Source: Callorhinchus milii
Lineage: Eukaryota
NCBI RefSeq assembly: GCF_018977255.1
Contig: NW_024704743.1
Coordinates: 58,096,001 to 58,160,000, forward strand
DNA: 64,000 nt
Reading direction: 5' to 3'
This document shows, one piece after another, positions 12,291 to 24,102 of the stretch. Position 1 is the first letter of the stretch. Each line of letters opens with the position of its first letter. The notes under the pieces are model-generated. The model saw nothing but the letters and a program-made list of their open reading frames with translations, was not told the DNA's origin and ran no database searches. The translations under genes were made by a program, and so were the position numbers.

Positions 12291-13084
12291 GTTTAAGATC
12301 AGTCAAAACATGGAATTACAAATGGTTGATTTCCTTCTATAGTTCAATGTGATTGTTTGCCTGTCTTTTTTGATCCATAAATACTTAAAGTTGTCTTTTA
12401 ATTGTAATTTTAATTTTCTTTCATCTTTGCCTCCATTGCTGACCTCTATCATGTGGGAAAGTACAATGTTTTAGGTTCTGGCAACAACTTGTGCCATTCT
12501 GTATTGGACAACAGATGGCACAGTCTGGAGGGTAGGAAAGGACACCGGGTATTGAATTGTTCTCCTCCCAAATGGGACAATCTGCTATTTTGCAGCAGGG
12601 TGCTGCTAAAACTTGCCCATGAGTGATTGAGTTCAAACAAGTTCACAGAGGAACATTGCATTCTTAACTCCTGTATATATTTGCACATCTTGCATTGTCT
12701 TCAGCTCTGTAATGCAGCTTCCTGCCAATTACAGATCCAGGTAATAATATTACGGAGCTGAGATTGGTAGCACATTTGTGGTTAAAGCATGGGCTGACTT
12801 TGCATTTGATATAGTGCCTTTCACGTCGTTGAAACGTCTCAAAATGCTTCACAGGATACACTGTAAAGTGGAGTGACTGTGTATTTTGTGGGCAAAATAA
12901 TAATAATTATTGCATAATACTTGAATTTGATATAGGAGCTTATCATATCGTGAAAACGTTTGTGCATTTAACTGCAACATTTCTTCTTTGTAATAGGAAA
13001 TAGTGTGTCAAATTATTTTCTAATTTTCTTAGACCAGCAAACTCAGCACTAACTGGAATTTCCAACCTGTGAGCTACTGATCCA

Positions 13085-13299
13085 TAAAATGGGATTTTCA
13101 GTGTCCACCTGAAGAGGCAGAAGGGACCTTGGTTTAATGTTTTATTCAAAGGACAGGACTTCTAGCAATGCAGCACCACCCCAGCACTGTATTGGAGTGT
13201 CAGGCTAGACAATATAGGTTTCACATCCCAATACGGGTCTTGAACCCACAACGTTTTGACTCAGAGGCAAGAGTGCTACAAACTGAGCCAGGCTGACAC
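13085..13299 (-). mobile_element. Old DeuSINE/SacSINE1-like SINE, 5' half
   Basis: Reverse strand gtcagcctggctcagtttgtagcactcttgcctctgagtca...gggttcaagacc followed by the shared central block. Confidence 0.8.
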
Positions 13300-13313
13300 A
13301 CAATGCACACTAA

Positions 13314-13687
13314 ATAATCCTTGCATTTGATATGGCACCTTATCCTATCTTCGAGACATCTCAAAGTGCTTCACAGAATATACTGTAAAGTAAACTGACT
13401 GTATATTTTGTGGGCGAAATGCAGCAGCCAATTGTGCACAGCAGTGACCCATAAACAGTCGTAGATTGAGTGACAAAATGATTATTGTTTTTATTTATTT
13501 TGAAGGGATTATTAACCCCGGAAAAGCAATCTGCCAATCAACTAACAACTGGGTTTTTACTTACTGCTAGATAAACTGAGGCGTGTGGAGTAAGGAAACT
13601 TGCCCAACGTTTTGCCCTGCCTGGGAATCAAACCCAGGTCCTCTCGCTTGCGAGGCGAGTGCTCTAACTACTAAGCTACAGGACTCC
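13314..13687 (-). mobile_element. tRNA(Ala)-derived SINE, long-core subfamily, full length
   Basis: Same head and tail as the young SINE, plus a roughly 65-bp internal segment (cagtttatctagcag...ttttccgggg) also present in the copy at 52976. Confidence 0.9.
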
Positions 13688-14699
13688 TCTAACATACAAA
13701 TATCCACACATTCATGCATGCCTGTATTGTCAAACACACCTTTAAACAGGAGGGTAATTTGTTTTATTAACTGCCTTTGCTCTATTTTAATTTGCAGAAT
13801 CCTTTTATCCACAGCCTCATCTTTAATTAGCACTAAATCTTCCAAGAAAATATTCTTGGAATTATTAGCACTTTCCAGTGTAAGAACTATACATCAACCC
13901 AAGTGTATGTCCTTCTGTAATGATATTAATTGCTGGCTGTATCTCTTCAATATCAGTCACTTTGTCAGGTGAATTCACAAGTAGGGATTCAAATATTGAT
14001 TAAAACTGAAAGCCACAGAATGTAGCAATAGAACAGAACAATTACTGAAGCACAGATAGCATCTCAGGCATTTCCTACGCAATGACAGACCTTTTTGAGA
14101 TGTAAAGCCAAGAGAATTATTTTAGATGTATGAATTGCTGGAAAATGGTTAGGTTTATTTATTTAGGACAAAGTCAATAACCGAGAGAAATCGGAAATGA
14201 GGAGTTGGGACATGTGAGTTGATTCCAGTTGGAGGTAATGAGACTGGCTATTTCACACGGTAAGATAAGCTAGGTTTGATTTGCTTTGCTTCCTATCATA
14301 AAGAGGCCTAGTGTAGGCTGGACCTGGATAGTGTAACTACTAACAAGTTGATATTTATTTATGAGCAGGCTTAGGAACTTACATATTTTCATTGTAACCA
14401 TAGTGATACAAGTTAGAAAAGGGACTCTTGAGAGATAGGTTGAGATATAAATTCATGTAATTTGAGAAAAGAAACCCTTCTATGTAGCTTGAGCAAACGG
14501 TGAAATTGTTCAGGGACTCGGTTTTGCGAAGCCGTTATTAGGGCCAAAATCCTGGCAACTAAATGTTGGAAGTGTGAGAGTTTGTTTGTTTTTGTGCTGG
14601 AAATACAGCACAGCCATATTTTACTGAATACAATGTTCATCAAGTGGCTGACTGCAAAGCTATTTAGATGATGAGAATCCTGCAAGCTGCTCACAAGAG

Positions 14700-15320
14700 A
14701 CTCTTTGTATTTTTATTGCTCGGTCCAGAATAGATCATCTGATTCCACAGTCCCTTCAAATTAGTATCATCTACAAGTATTACTAACTCACATGGAGTCT
14801 GCATATTTCAGATCAATATGTTTGTAAGGAACAGGAGGTGCCTCAGTGTAGACTCTGAGACATCTCACTTCACACCTTCCTTCACTTTTGGCCTAGTTCC
14901 CCAAACAACTATCCTCGGCTCCCTTCCCTTCAACCAATTTTGAATCCATTTCCAAGTCTTTTCCTTGATACCCAGTGATATTTGTTTATGAAGGAGGGCT
15001 TCCTATCATACTTTATTAAATGTAATTTGGAAGTCTAAGAACACCATGTGATAGGATTTTCTATAGTCAGTTGGGGATGTCACTACCTGTAAAACGTCGA
15101 TGAGATTGGTCAAACAAGATTTCCCCCTTCTGTTTGCTGTCATCTATTAACTTATTTTTATACAGGTTATATACTATTTTGTTGTGATAATTGATTCCAT
15201 CATATTTCCAATTATTGAGGTCAAGCTAAAAGATCTAGAGTTGCCACCTATGATTCTGTCACTTTTCTTGAATATGGGATCACATTCGCTTGCTTCCAGT
15301 CTCTTGAAACCTCAGCAGTT
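14700..15320 (-). mobile_element. CR1-clade LINE RT-domain remnant, highly degenerate
   Basis: Minus strand gives decayed FLDFQITFNKV (cf. YLDFQKAFDKV) and VDDTNL (cf. ADDTKL). Boundaries approximate. Confidence 0.7.
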
Positions 15321-16141
15321 GTGACTGATGGCCTCATGTCTGACAGTGTTACACAAATCTCCTGCCTGTCTCCCTGGCTACCTTGTGGTGCAACTCATCC
15401 ATCTTGGGGTTTTGTTAGTTTTCAAATCTCTTGTGCCTATCTGGAGCCTCAGTCTTGCTTATGTCAAACTCCTGAAGCACAAACTATGTTTGCTGGGTGT
15501 TCAGTGCTTTGTTTCTAGTGTTCTCCCTGGTAACTCTTCCCCTCTCATCCTTGGCCCAATAGTTCTAGCTGAGGATTTTTGATGCTGCTCTTAATCATGG
15601 AGCTGGGTGTTTGAGTGCAGATGAAAACATGACATTGACTTAACTCTATCAGTATCTAATGCTACCTCCAGGATTTAAAATGACAGTGGCTTGGGATTTA
15701 CGAAAAGGAAGATGGCACCAATTTTCTTTTCAAAAGCAATTGTGTGGAAGTCAGGGGTATGTTAGATTTCACAGATGATCTTAAGAATAACTGAAAATAA
15801 CTAACTGTTTCATGACAGTTTTGACTTGATATTATCATATCAAATTCATTACGAAATGCTGTAAATTTCACCGTAAGATGTCTAGTTTTATTGATCATTC
15901 ATTGTGTGTTTTGAAATCACTAGATGGAATAATGGGCTTTCTCACACTGTTAGAGTCAGTGCATAGTTCAGTCACTATTAATTCCAATTCTTTTTACTTG
16001 AATTTAGTAGGAGGAATGATGGTAAGAACCTCTCAACAAAGTTTACTTTAGCCACCTCATTCAGGCACTGGCTTCCTCTGGGATTCATTACAGAATTTAG
16101 TAAGTAAAAGGGATATGTTGCTTCATGTGTAATACAGTATT

Positions 16142-16521
16142 AATAATAATAACAATCCTTACGTTTGATCATCGTGCCCTCTCATGTCAAAATGTCGCAA
16201 AGCGCTATTCTGTAAATTGTCTTTGTAGGTGAATGTGACAGTCAATTTGCGCACATCAATGTCCCACAAACAGCCATGAAATTAATGATCACATTATTAT
16301 TTGGAAGATTGTAGGCTAGGGTATTGGGAGAAACTTCCTTCTCTTTAAGGATAGTGTTATTAGATCTTTAACATTCACCTGAACAGAGAATTAGGACCTT
16401 GCTTCAACTTCTCATCCGAAGGACAACACCTCTGACAATACAGCTCTCCTCCAGCACTACATGGGGATTGAATATGGGGATTGTACTCACAAACTCTGAC
16501 TCCAACTGAACCAGGCTGACA
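16142..16521 (-). mobile_element. Old DeuSINE/SacSINE1-like SINE
   Basis: (taa)n tail, tgtcccacaaacagcc block and head remnant ccaactgaaccaggctgac. Confidence 0.78.
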
Positions 16522-17767
16522 TCTTAACATGCGTCTTTGTCACTGCCCAGTAAATCAAGTTTTGCGATTCCAGAGCCCCGGTTCCTGAGAACACTTAAAT
16601 AATTTGGAATGGCAAGATATGTCAACTAACTTCTGTGCCCTATGATTTATAATGACACCATTTCTTTCAAACTAGGACATAGAGTAGATGTTATCAGACT
16701 ACAATTGGACACAAGTGTGCTTTCCACTAGGACAGTAAACATGCTGGGTTTACGTCAAGCTCTTTACAAAGTGTCATTGAAATTAATTTGATTCATTGTT
16801 GGCTTATAAATGGCATTAAGCCTTGTGCTCCAAAGCATCATCCAAGTGAACACATTTGTGGCACGTAAATTTGGTATGAAACATATCCAACCCTGAATAA
16901 ATCCCAATCTACAGATGTCCAATCAAGCTGAGTTTGTGTATAAAATGTTTTGAATGCCTGTGGTGCTGGTGGTTTTATTTCAGACACGGTTGTGCTATCA
17001 CTCCTGAGCAATCAGTTCTGCTGATTCCCTCTTTATACTGTCAGCCCCATCTGATCGCTTTCACTTTAGGTCAGGATGATGGGAGTTGAATGCGATCCCT
17101 CAGGGTTTATAGTCTGTGCTGCCTATGAGTCAAACATGCACTAGTAGGTGATAAATTGCCTGCTCTTGAGCCTCTTCATGGACCAGGCCAGTACTGTTTC
17201 AGCCCCTCAATAACCTTTTTTTCACTTTAAAAATGTTTGGATTGTTTGCAGAATACAACCTTGATATTGAGAGAAAGTTTAGTTCTAAACTGTATTATCG
17301 TAACATTGGTCAGAATTTAAGAACATAATTAATTAGTGGATGTTTTTCCAGTAGAGTGCAGCCCCATTATAACCCACATCTGTATAGCTTGGATTTGGTT
17401 ATAACATTGTTGTTTTATGGACCCTATTCACTGTGCATTTGGCAGCCATCTAATTACATTCCGTGTCCCAGTCGACTCTTGTGCTAAAGCGATCAACTTC
17501 CAGATTATTTGGTCATTGCTGTTGACACTTTTCTGCTGCTTTGGGCATGAACAGAACATAAGGATTGATAATTGATCACTTATAGTCAACCTCTGTAGCT
17601 TTCCATTTGCTGACAATGGACAACTTCTGGATCATTAGGTCACTGCCAACTTCACTTCCTGTTTGTGTACATGCAATGAATTTTTGCCATGGATTTTAAC
17701 CTCCATCTTTCAGCAAGTCTGCACTTTAAATCTTATGGATATTAAAACATGATGAATAATCTGCAGA

Positions 17768-18125
17768 TAATAATAAAAAGCCTTGTATTTGATATAGTGC
17801 CTTATCATGTCTTTGAAACATCTCAACACACACTTCACAGGATTTACTGCAGAGCATAGTGGTTGAATCCTGTAGGTGAATGTAGCAGCTAATTTGTACA
17901 CTTCAATGTCCGAGAAGCAGTCATAACATGAATGACTAATTTTATCTGGAGTATTGTTGGCCAGGACACTGGGAGAAAGTCCCTCCTCTTTTCGAATAGT
18001 AGCACGGGATGTTTAACAAGCAGATGGAACCTTGGTTTAATGTTTCATCCAAAGGATGACACCTCCAACAATGCATTGAATCCTTAGCACTGTACTGCAG
18101 TGTCAGCCTGGATTGTGAGTTCAAA
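17768..18125 (-). mobile_element. Old DeuSINE/SacSINE1-like SINE body; its probable head lies at about 18630-18683
   Basis: Tail, ggccaggacactgggagaa and gtgtcagcctggat blocks. A head remnant ttctgacttagaggcaagattgctaccaattgagc lies about 500 bp further on. Confidence 0.72.
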
Positions 18126-19649
18126 GTTCCAACTATATTTTTGGTCTTTAAAACATACTGAAACCCACCACCATGCTTGAGAGAATTCAAATCAGAGTTC
18201 CATAAATGTATGTTACTTACACCTAGAAATTTCTGTGTGTCTGGAAATTCTGAAGAGTATTTGGTGCAGGTTGGCAAGAGAGAAAGCTTATGGATCCCAG
18301 AGGAATGGGGTAGTGTTGGAGTTAAGAGTTAAAATCCAAACTCACACAGCTTATAATTGAAAGCACTGTCTGGCAAGCTTTCCACTCCTTGTCTAGTTAG
18401 GACCATCCTACCAGTTACAGTTTGGCCAGTAGGGTTAAAAGGAGCTGAGTAGGAAAAATCCCTGCTCCAAGTGATTTGGCTGTGGTTGAACTCACAAGCT
18501 TTTGATTCAGAGGCGAGAATCCTATCAACTGACTGGCGCACGCATTCCATTTGCCTGTTCCCCAGTTCACCATAAATCCACCTAACTGTTTGGTTCTGAA
18601 CTTCACAAATGACCGAAAGACCAATAACACACAACCAATCTTCTGACTTAGAGGCAAGATTGCTACCAATTGAGCTAGACTGACTCACTGAGCTGAAACA
18701 CTGAACCAGCTGATACAAGCCTAGAGGACACTGGAGGAACGTTCCATTGCCGTAGGTCTCACTTTGCAAATGAAACATTTAATTGAGTCCCCTAAGCTTG
18801 TTCTCAGGCTTTTATTCAAAAAGAGAAGGGAATTTATCTTCATATCTTTACCAACAATCCAAATTAATTAGTCATTCATCTTATGGCTGTTTCTGGACAA
18901 ATAAAGCCATGTTTCCCTGTAAGAAAAACATTTAGTGTACTTGGTAGAAATTACTTGTGAAGAACTCTGAAACATTTTGATGTGATAAAATGCTACAAAA
19001 ATACAAGTTCTTTCTTTGTAGAGCAGGAGAAAAACAGGAAGGAAGTTAAAATTGATCAAATTCTACTAGAAAAATTATGCCACAAACAGAAAGTTGTCAA
19101 GAATGGAAGAAACTGCTGAAGGCAAAAAAAAAGATATACACTATATATGTAGTGTGATACATCATGGAAAGAGATCTTCAGTCCAACTAGTCTGTGCCAA
19201 TGTTTATACTCATACTCTGAAAGCCCACCCCTCCAATTTCCCTCACCTACGCCCCTCTATTCTCTTCTTCCTCATGTATGCATCAAGTTTTTTCATAAAC
19301 ACTTGTTATTTTTTGCTTCAACCATAGTTTATAATGCTTTTCCTTTGGTCAGCTTTGAGAAACCCATCACCAGGCTTAAGAGTATCCAAACCAAACTGAG
19401 AAATCCACGTGTATGAGGCTTGGAGAAGGAAAGGCCCACCAGTCAATGATAAAATATGGGGAATGGAATAGAAAAGAAAGCTAAAGATTGAGCATGGTAT
19501 GTTCAAGACAGAAGAGATCTACAATAAAAGATAAGATCAGTTAACTCCACAGAAAACAAACTCTGTGTGTGGTCCTATTCTGAGGCATCAGATTTTAGTT
19601 TAGTTAGAAGCACTACCACTTCAATCCTTAGAATTATAGTACAATAGAA

Positions 19650-19845
19650 ATAAATATGTGACACAGTAGGAGGTCATTTGACCCATTATTAAATGTTTGT
19701 GTTTGCTTCTCTTTGAAGTAGTCCACTTTAATCCAATTTCCTTCCCCACACCCTCTAATAGCTGTCATCTCCATGTGCTTGTCCAACTCTTTTTTAAGTG
19801 TCCCAGTTGACTCTGCTCTAAAGATCAATTCAGACTCCTTCATAT
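19650..19845 (-). mobile_element. CR1 LINE 3' end remnant
   Basis: Minus peptide GTLKKELDKHME (cf. FKxxLDxxM) and 3' UTR remnant ggaggtcatttgaccc. Confidence 0.6.
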
Positions 19846-20087
19846 TAAACAGTTAATATTGCTTAAGATGGCCATTCCAAATGACTACAATGTATGATAT
19901 AAAGAACTAGGGAAGATCAGGAAGTATGTTGACCTACAAATTGAATGCGGACGCATGTGGCAGTGCAAGACAAGTATAGTTCCTACAATCTGGTGCACCT
20001 GGAACTGTAAATAAAGATAATTCAGAAATGGTTTGACAAGATAGCTGGTGCACAAACAACATGAACAACAAAATTACATTTGTAAAG

Positions 20088-20262
20088 CAAAAACAGAAGG
20101 AGCTGGGAAAACTCAACAGGTGAGGCAGCATCTATGGAGAAAGAAAAGTGAGTCAACGTTTCGGGTCCACAATCCTTTGTCAGTTCTGATGAACCTGCTG
20201 AGTTTTCCCAGCTGTCTCTGTTTTTGTTTCAGATTTCCAACATCTGCAGTATTTTGTATTTT
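20088..20262. mobile_element. Penelope-like element terminal remnant in inverted-repeat form
   Basis: 34-bp inverted arms at 20088-20121 and 20193-20226 (30/34 complementary), with hammerhead-type core words ctgatga and (reverse) cccgaaacgt between them. Family assignment from recalled shark repeats. Confidence 0.65.
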
Positions 20263-20482
20263 GTTTACATTTGTAATGTCTTTTACGTTGGGAGGATGTT
20301 CCCAAGGTGCTGAAAATGTCCACCTCCTGCAGAAAGTAGTTATTTGGGAAGTTCAAACATACTAAATAAATTAACATCTATTCCAGTGTAACGTGACAGT
20401 GTTTTAGTCTGGCAGACTCATCACTGAAAAACACTTAGAAACTACCTCTAAAGTGTGACTTAAACTGCAATAACATAATAAA

Positions 20483-20912
20483 AATAATAATAATAATAAT
20501 AATAAAATCCTAGATATAGCCCCTTATCATTTAATTGAGACATCTCAAAGTGCTTCACAGGATATATTGTCACGTGTCTAGGTGTATTTTGTGGATGAAT
20601 GCTGCAGCAATATGCACACAGCAATGTTCCACAAACATGGAGTGAGGGATCAATTTTATTATTTAGTGGATTGTTGGCCAGACCTCATTTTTCTATTCTA
20701 TTATTGCCATGGGATCTTCAATGTCAACATGCACAGGCAAGAGGGACCTCAGTTTAACATCTGAAGGATGACAGCTCTGATAATACAGAACATCTCTAGC
20801 ACTGCATTGGAGTGTCAGCATAGACTATATGGGTTCCAAGTACTGATCTGAGGCTTGAACACTAACCTTCTAACTCAGAGGCGAGAGTGCTAATAACTGA
20901 ACCAGGCTGATA
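20483..20912 (-). mobile_element. Old DeuSINE/SacSINE1-like SINE, near full length
   Basis: (aat)n tail through the central block to the head ctcagaggcgagagtgctaataactgaaccaggctga. Confidence 0.82.
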
Positions 20913-22195
20913 CACATCACATATGGGGGTTGAAAAATTAGATGTCTCATAAAATATTCAATGTGATAATTATCCTATTTAACTACCTATTATGAAACTT
21001 TGTAATTTTCCATCCATTCCTGAAGACTACCTATGGAAATGAACTCTCACCAACTTTGCACAATTGTTTGATCCAAAGCTTCTTTACAAAATTGTTCATT
21101 CACCATGTTGGACCCATGTTCACTTGCTGGATTTTGAACCCTGAACCAGGCATATGAGTGCTGTGTCACATAATAACAAATGAGTTAAAAATTTCCTACT
21201 TTCAGCTGCACTTAAACACTAAATTCAGCTCTTTTGGACATGTTGACATTGAAGATCAGTATTGGACCAATATTGGAATCCTGAAATTCTCAGGTACAAG
21301 CAATATCCCAATCATGGGAGGGGAGTATATTCTCTCCCTCTTCAGCCATGCCACAATGGTTGGGTTTGGAGATGGCAAACAGTCTTTAGGAATAGATGGG
21401 GAAATGTGACAATTCACAACAGATTCAAAGCTATAATTATCTGAATTGAAACATCACATTTAACATCCATGGCCTTTATTTGTTTGAATGGTCATGCAAC
21501 TGACATAAGGTACAGACAAAAAAAGATCATTGCCTGGCCCATGCTTTCAAATCATGTAGCACCTTGTTTTAAACATTTACATTATAACTATTTACTCATG
21601 ATAATGTCTATAGCAATATTATGTTTCAAGCAGGAACATTACTGTTTCAGCATTCCCTTGTAACACATAATTTAAATGCCCTATTTGTAGAATGTACCCA
21701 CATTTTAGGATTATATGGAGCAACAATCAGACTGTTTAGAATTTTAAGCTGATTTACCTTCATGTGTTGAGTTATTAATGGGGTAGTCTCAGAGTTTTTA
21801 ACACCAGTGTGCAAATTTTGACGAAGTTTAAACAAAGTAGTGAAGCTTTTTACATGGGTACTCAGTAAAATACCAAGTGATCCTAATATTCAACAGGAGG
21901 GGACCACAGGTGTGGAGAGGGGGAGATGTAATTGACCGGCAAAATATTGTAAATTGGCATGTTAAACTCCACCAATGGAATATGCCTTCAACGACACTTA
22001 CTTAAAAGTCCTGTTGGAAAAGAGCAAGCATAACAATTTCATCAAAACACAGGGTGAGGGGGAGTCAGAATGAAATGCGATGGGTGAAAAGAATGGGGGT
22101 GGGGTGGTGGTGGAATGCAATAAGATTGGGAGGGAATGGGGGTTTGGAAATGTAAGGAAGAAGGTCAACCAGGAGAAGATCTTATCTTAGGAAAA

Positions 22196-22532
22196 GGTCT
22201 CATATGTTCCACATGTAATAGCCAGGCAATGAGAGGAGTGTACATGGAGGTTCAAGCTCTCTATGGAGGTATTAGTGGAGGTATGTATAATGCTGGAAAC
22301 TGATTTAGAGGCATTGATGATGACTCCAACTGTTCTGCCTGCGGCTGTGAAAGTGACAGCAAGCATTAATATACTGGCTACTGGGGCTTTCCAATCACTA
22401 GGAGGTGGTTTCTCTGGCATAAGACAAGGTACCACGTCCATCTGTATTAGAGAGGTGACTGATGCACTGTTCTGGAAGTTTGACAGACTCATTCATTTCC
22501 ACAAAAGTGCAAAGAACCAGTTAGAGAAATAG
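22196..22532 (+). mobile_element. PIF/Harbinger DNA transposon remnant: N-terminal helix-turn-helix part of a HARBI1-like transposase
   Basis: Frame reads EECTWRFKLSMEVLVEVCIMLETDL...LPAAVKVTASINILATGAFQSLGGGFSGIRQGTTSICIREVTDALF...LIHF, matching the ATGSFQ / GISQ / CIRxVTDAL / FIxFP pattern. In-frame stops upstream; no DDE domain follows. Confidence 0.85.
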
Positions 22533-22929
22533 CAACAATGTTATGCCAATACTGTTCCTGGACTGCTCACTAGTACTGGAATATAATCTGTTCTCATGAT
22601 TTCTCCAACAGTTATTTTGGCAAAGCTGGTGCACATTGACATACTGTAATTTCAATGAGGCCAAATTGTAACATAACCTAAATACCTGAACAAAAGTTTC
22701 AGATCTGCCTTGAAGGCATACTATTGGGATTGGTATTCTCACTTTAGATAGCTCCTGATGCTTTCCACTCGATACTGTGTTGTCCTTCTGCAAGTTCACA
22801 AACAGGGCTTTACAACAAAATAATTGGTCTTCTATCATAAAATGGAATAAACTGTAATCAATCCTGAGACAAATTGGAGCAAGATCTCAACCATTAAAAT
22901 TGCTGATACCCTCTTCAGTTAAATATGAA

Positions 22930-23188
22930 CCCCAACCCCTTCACACCTCCTTCTGTGGCCGAACCTTCAGGCATTATGCCCCCAGCCCCTGGAATTTCCT
23001 GCTTCTAACCCTCCACCTTGCCTCTTCTCTATCTATCTTCAAATCCCACCTTAAAACCTATCTCTTCGCCACGACTATGGTCACCTTTCCCCCTCCCCCC
23101 TTAGCTTGGCATCGAACTCTGCCCTGTGTAACGTTCTGAGATGCTGTCCTACGTGAAGGGTGCTATATGAATATAAGTTGTTGTTGAT
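22930..23188 (+). mobile_element. L2 LINE 3' fragment
   Basis: GRTFRHYAPSPWN...FKSHLKTYLF followed by gtgctatatgaatataa(gtt)n. Confidence 0.85.
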
Positions 23189-23837
23189 GATGTAATACAA
23201 TGCAGCTTTTTTCACAATGAACAGTAATAGATTTTTGAAGGTATTAGAAAAGTACATTGTTGTACTGGACCTGGGAACCTCTCCATTTTGGCATCTTTTT
23301 AAAAAAAAATCCATTCCTAGGTGCCATGCGTGTCTGGAACTTTTAGTCTAGTTTGGATACTCATAAGCCTCGCAGTGACTTTCCACGTATGTCAGACCTC
23401 TGGCCAACCCCCCCAAAAAAAACTTTAAGCCAAGTTAAAGAGGGATAAATGCAATTTTGTTTCCAAGAACTGAAATTGGTTTGAATCTGAACCCAAGTCA
23501 AACTGAGAAAATGAAAGTTTGCTCTTTCTGTGGCTCCTGTCTGGTTCAGGTTGAACATTCAATGGTATCCTAATGGGTGCTTGTCTGGAGCAAGAAACTG
23601 TCAGACTCCCTTAAGGAATGCTGTTGTGGGAAATGAATAGGTTGCCTTAGTCCAATACTTTAACAACTTTGATCTTATTAAACCTAAAGTATGAGAATAT
23701 GCAAATCATTTTATTACTGGAACACTCTCATCTGCTATGAAGAATGCTGTAGATCAGGAACTGATGCCTTAATCTTTTTACACTTAATCTGTTAAACCTT
23801 TTACACGCCACTCCTCTAATATAATAATAATAACTCT

Positions 23838-24102
23838 ACCCGCCCCTTTCGCTCAGATGAGTCCGGCCTCCTGCATGTCTCTTGTCCCATCCGCTCCACC
23901 ATCGGTGGCCGTGATTTCAGCCACTATGCCCTGAGGTTCTAGAATTCTCTGACTCAATCCATCTGCCCCCTCCGTAACCATCGTCAGATCACACCTCTTT
24001 GATTGAGCCTACAGTCACCTCTTCTCTCTCCCTGGTTCGGCATTCATGTTTGTCACTGTTAATCACTCCATGTGAAGGGTGCTATGTAAATACAAGTAGT
24101 TG
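23838..24102 (+). mobile_element. L2 LINE 3' fragment
   Basis: ccatcggtggccgtgatttcagccactatgccc block and tail gtgctatgtaaatacaagtagttg; probable TSD taatcttt. Confidence 0.82.

Noticed and set aside
18329..18778. 149-aa minus-strand ORF
   Set aside because: Crosses two decayed SINE heads and has no recognisable domain.
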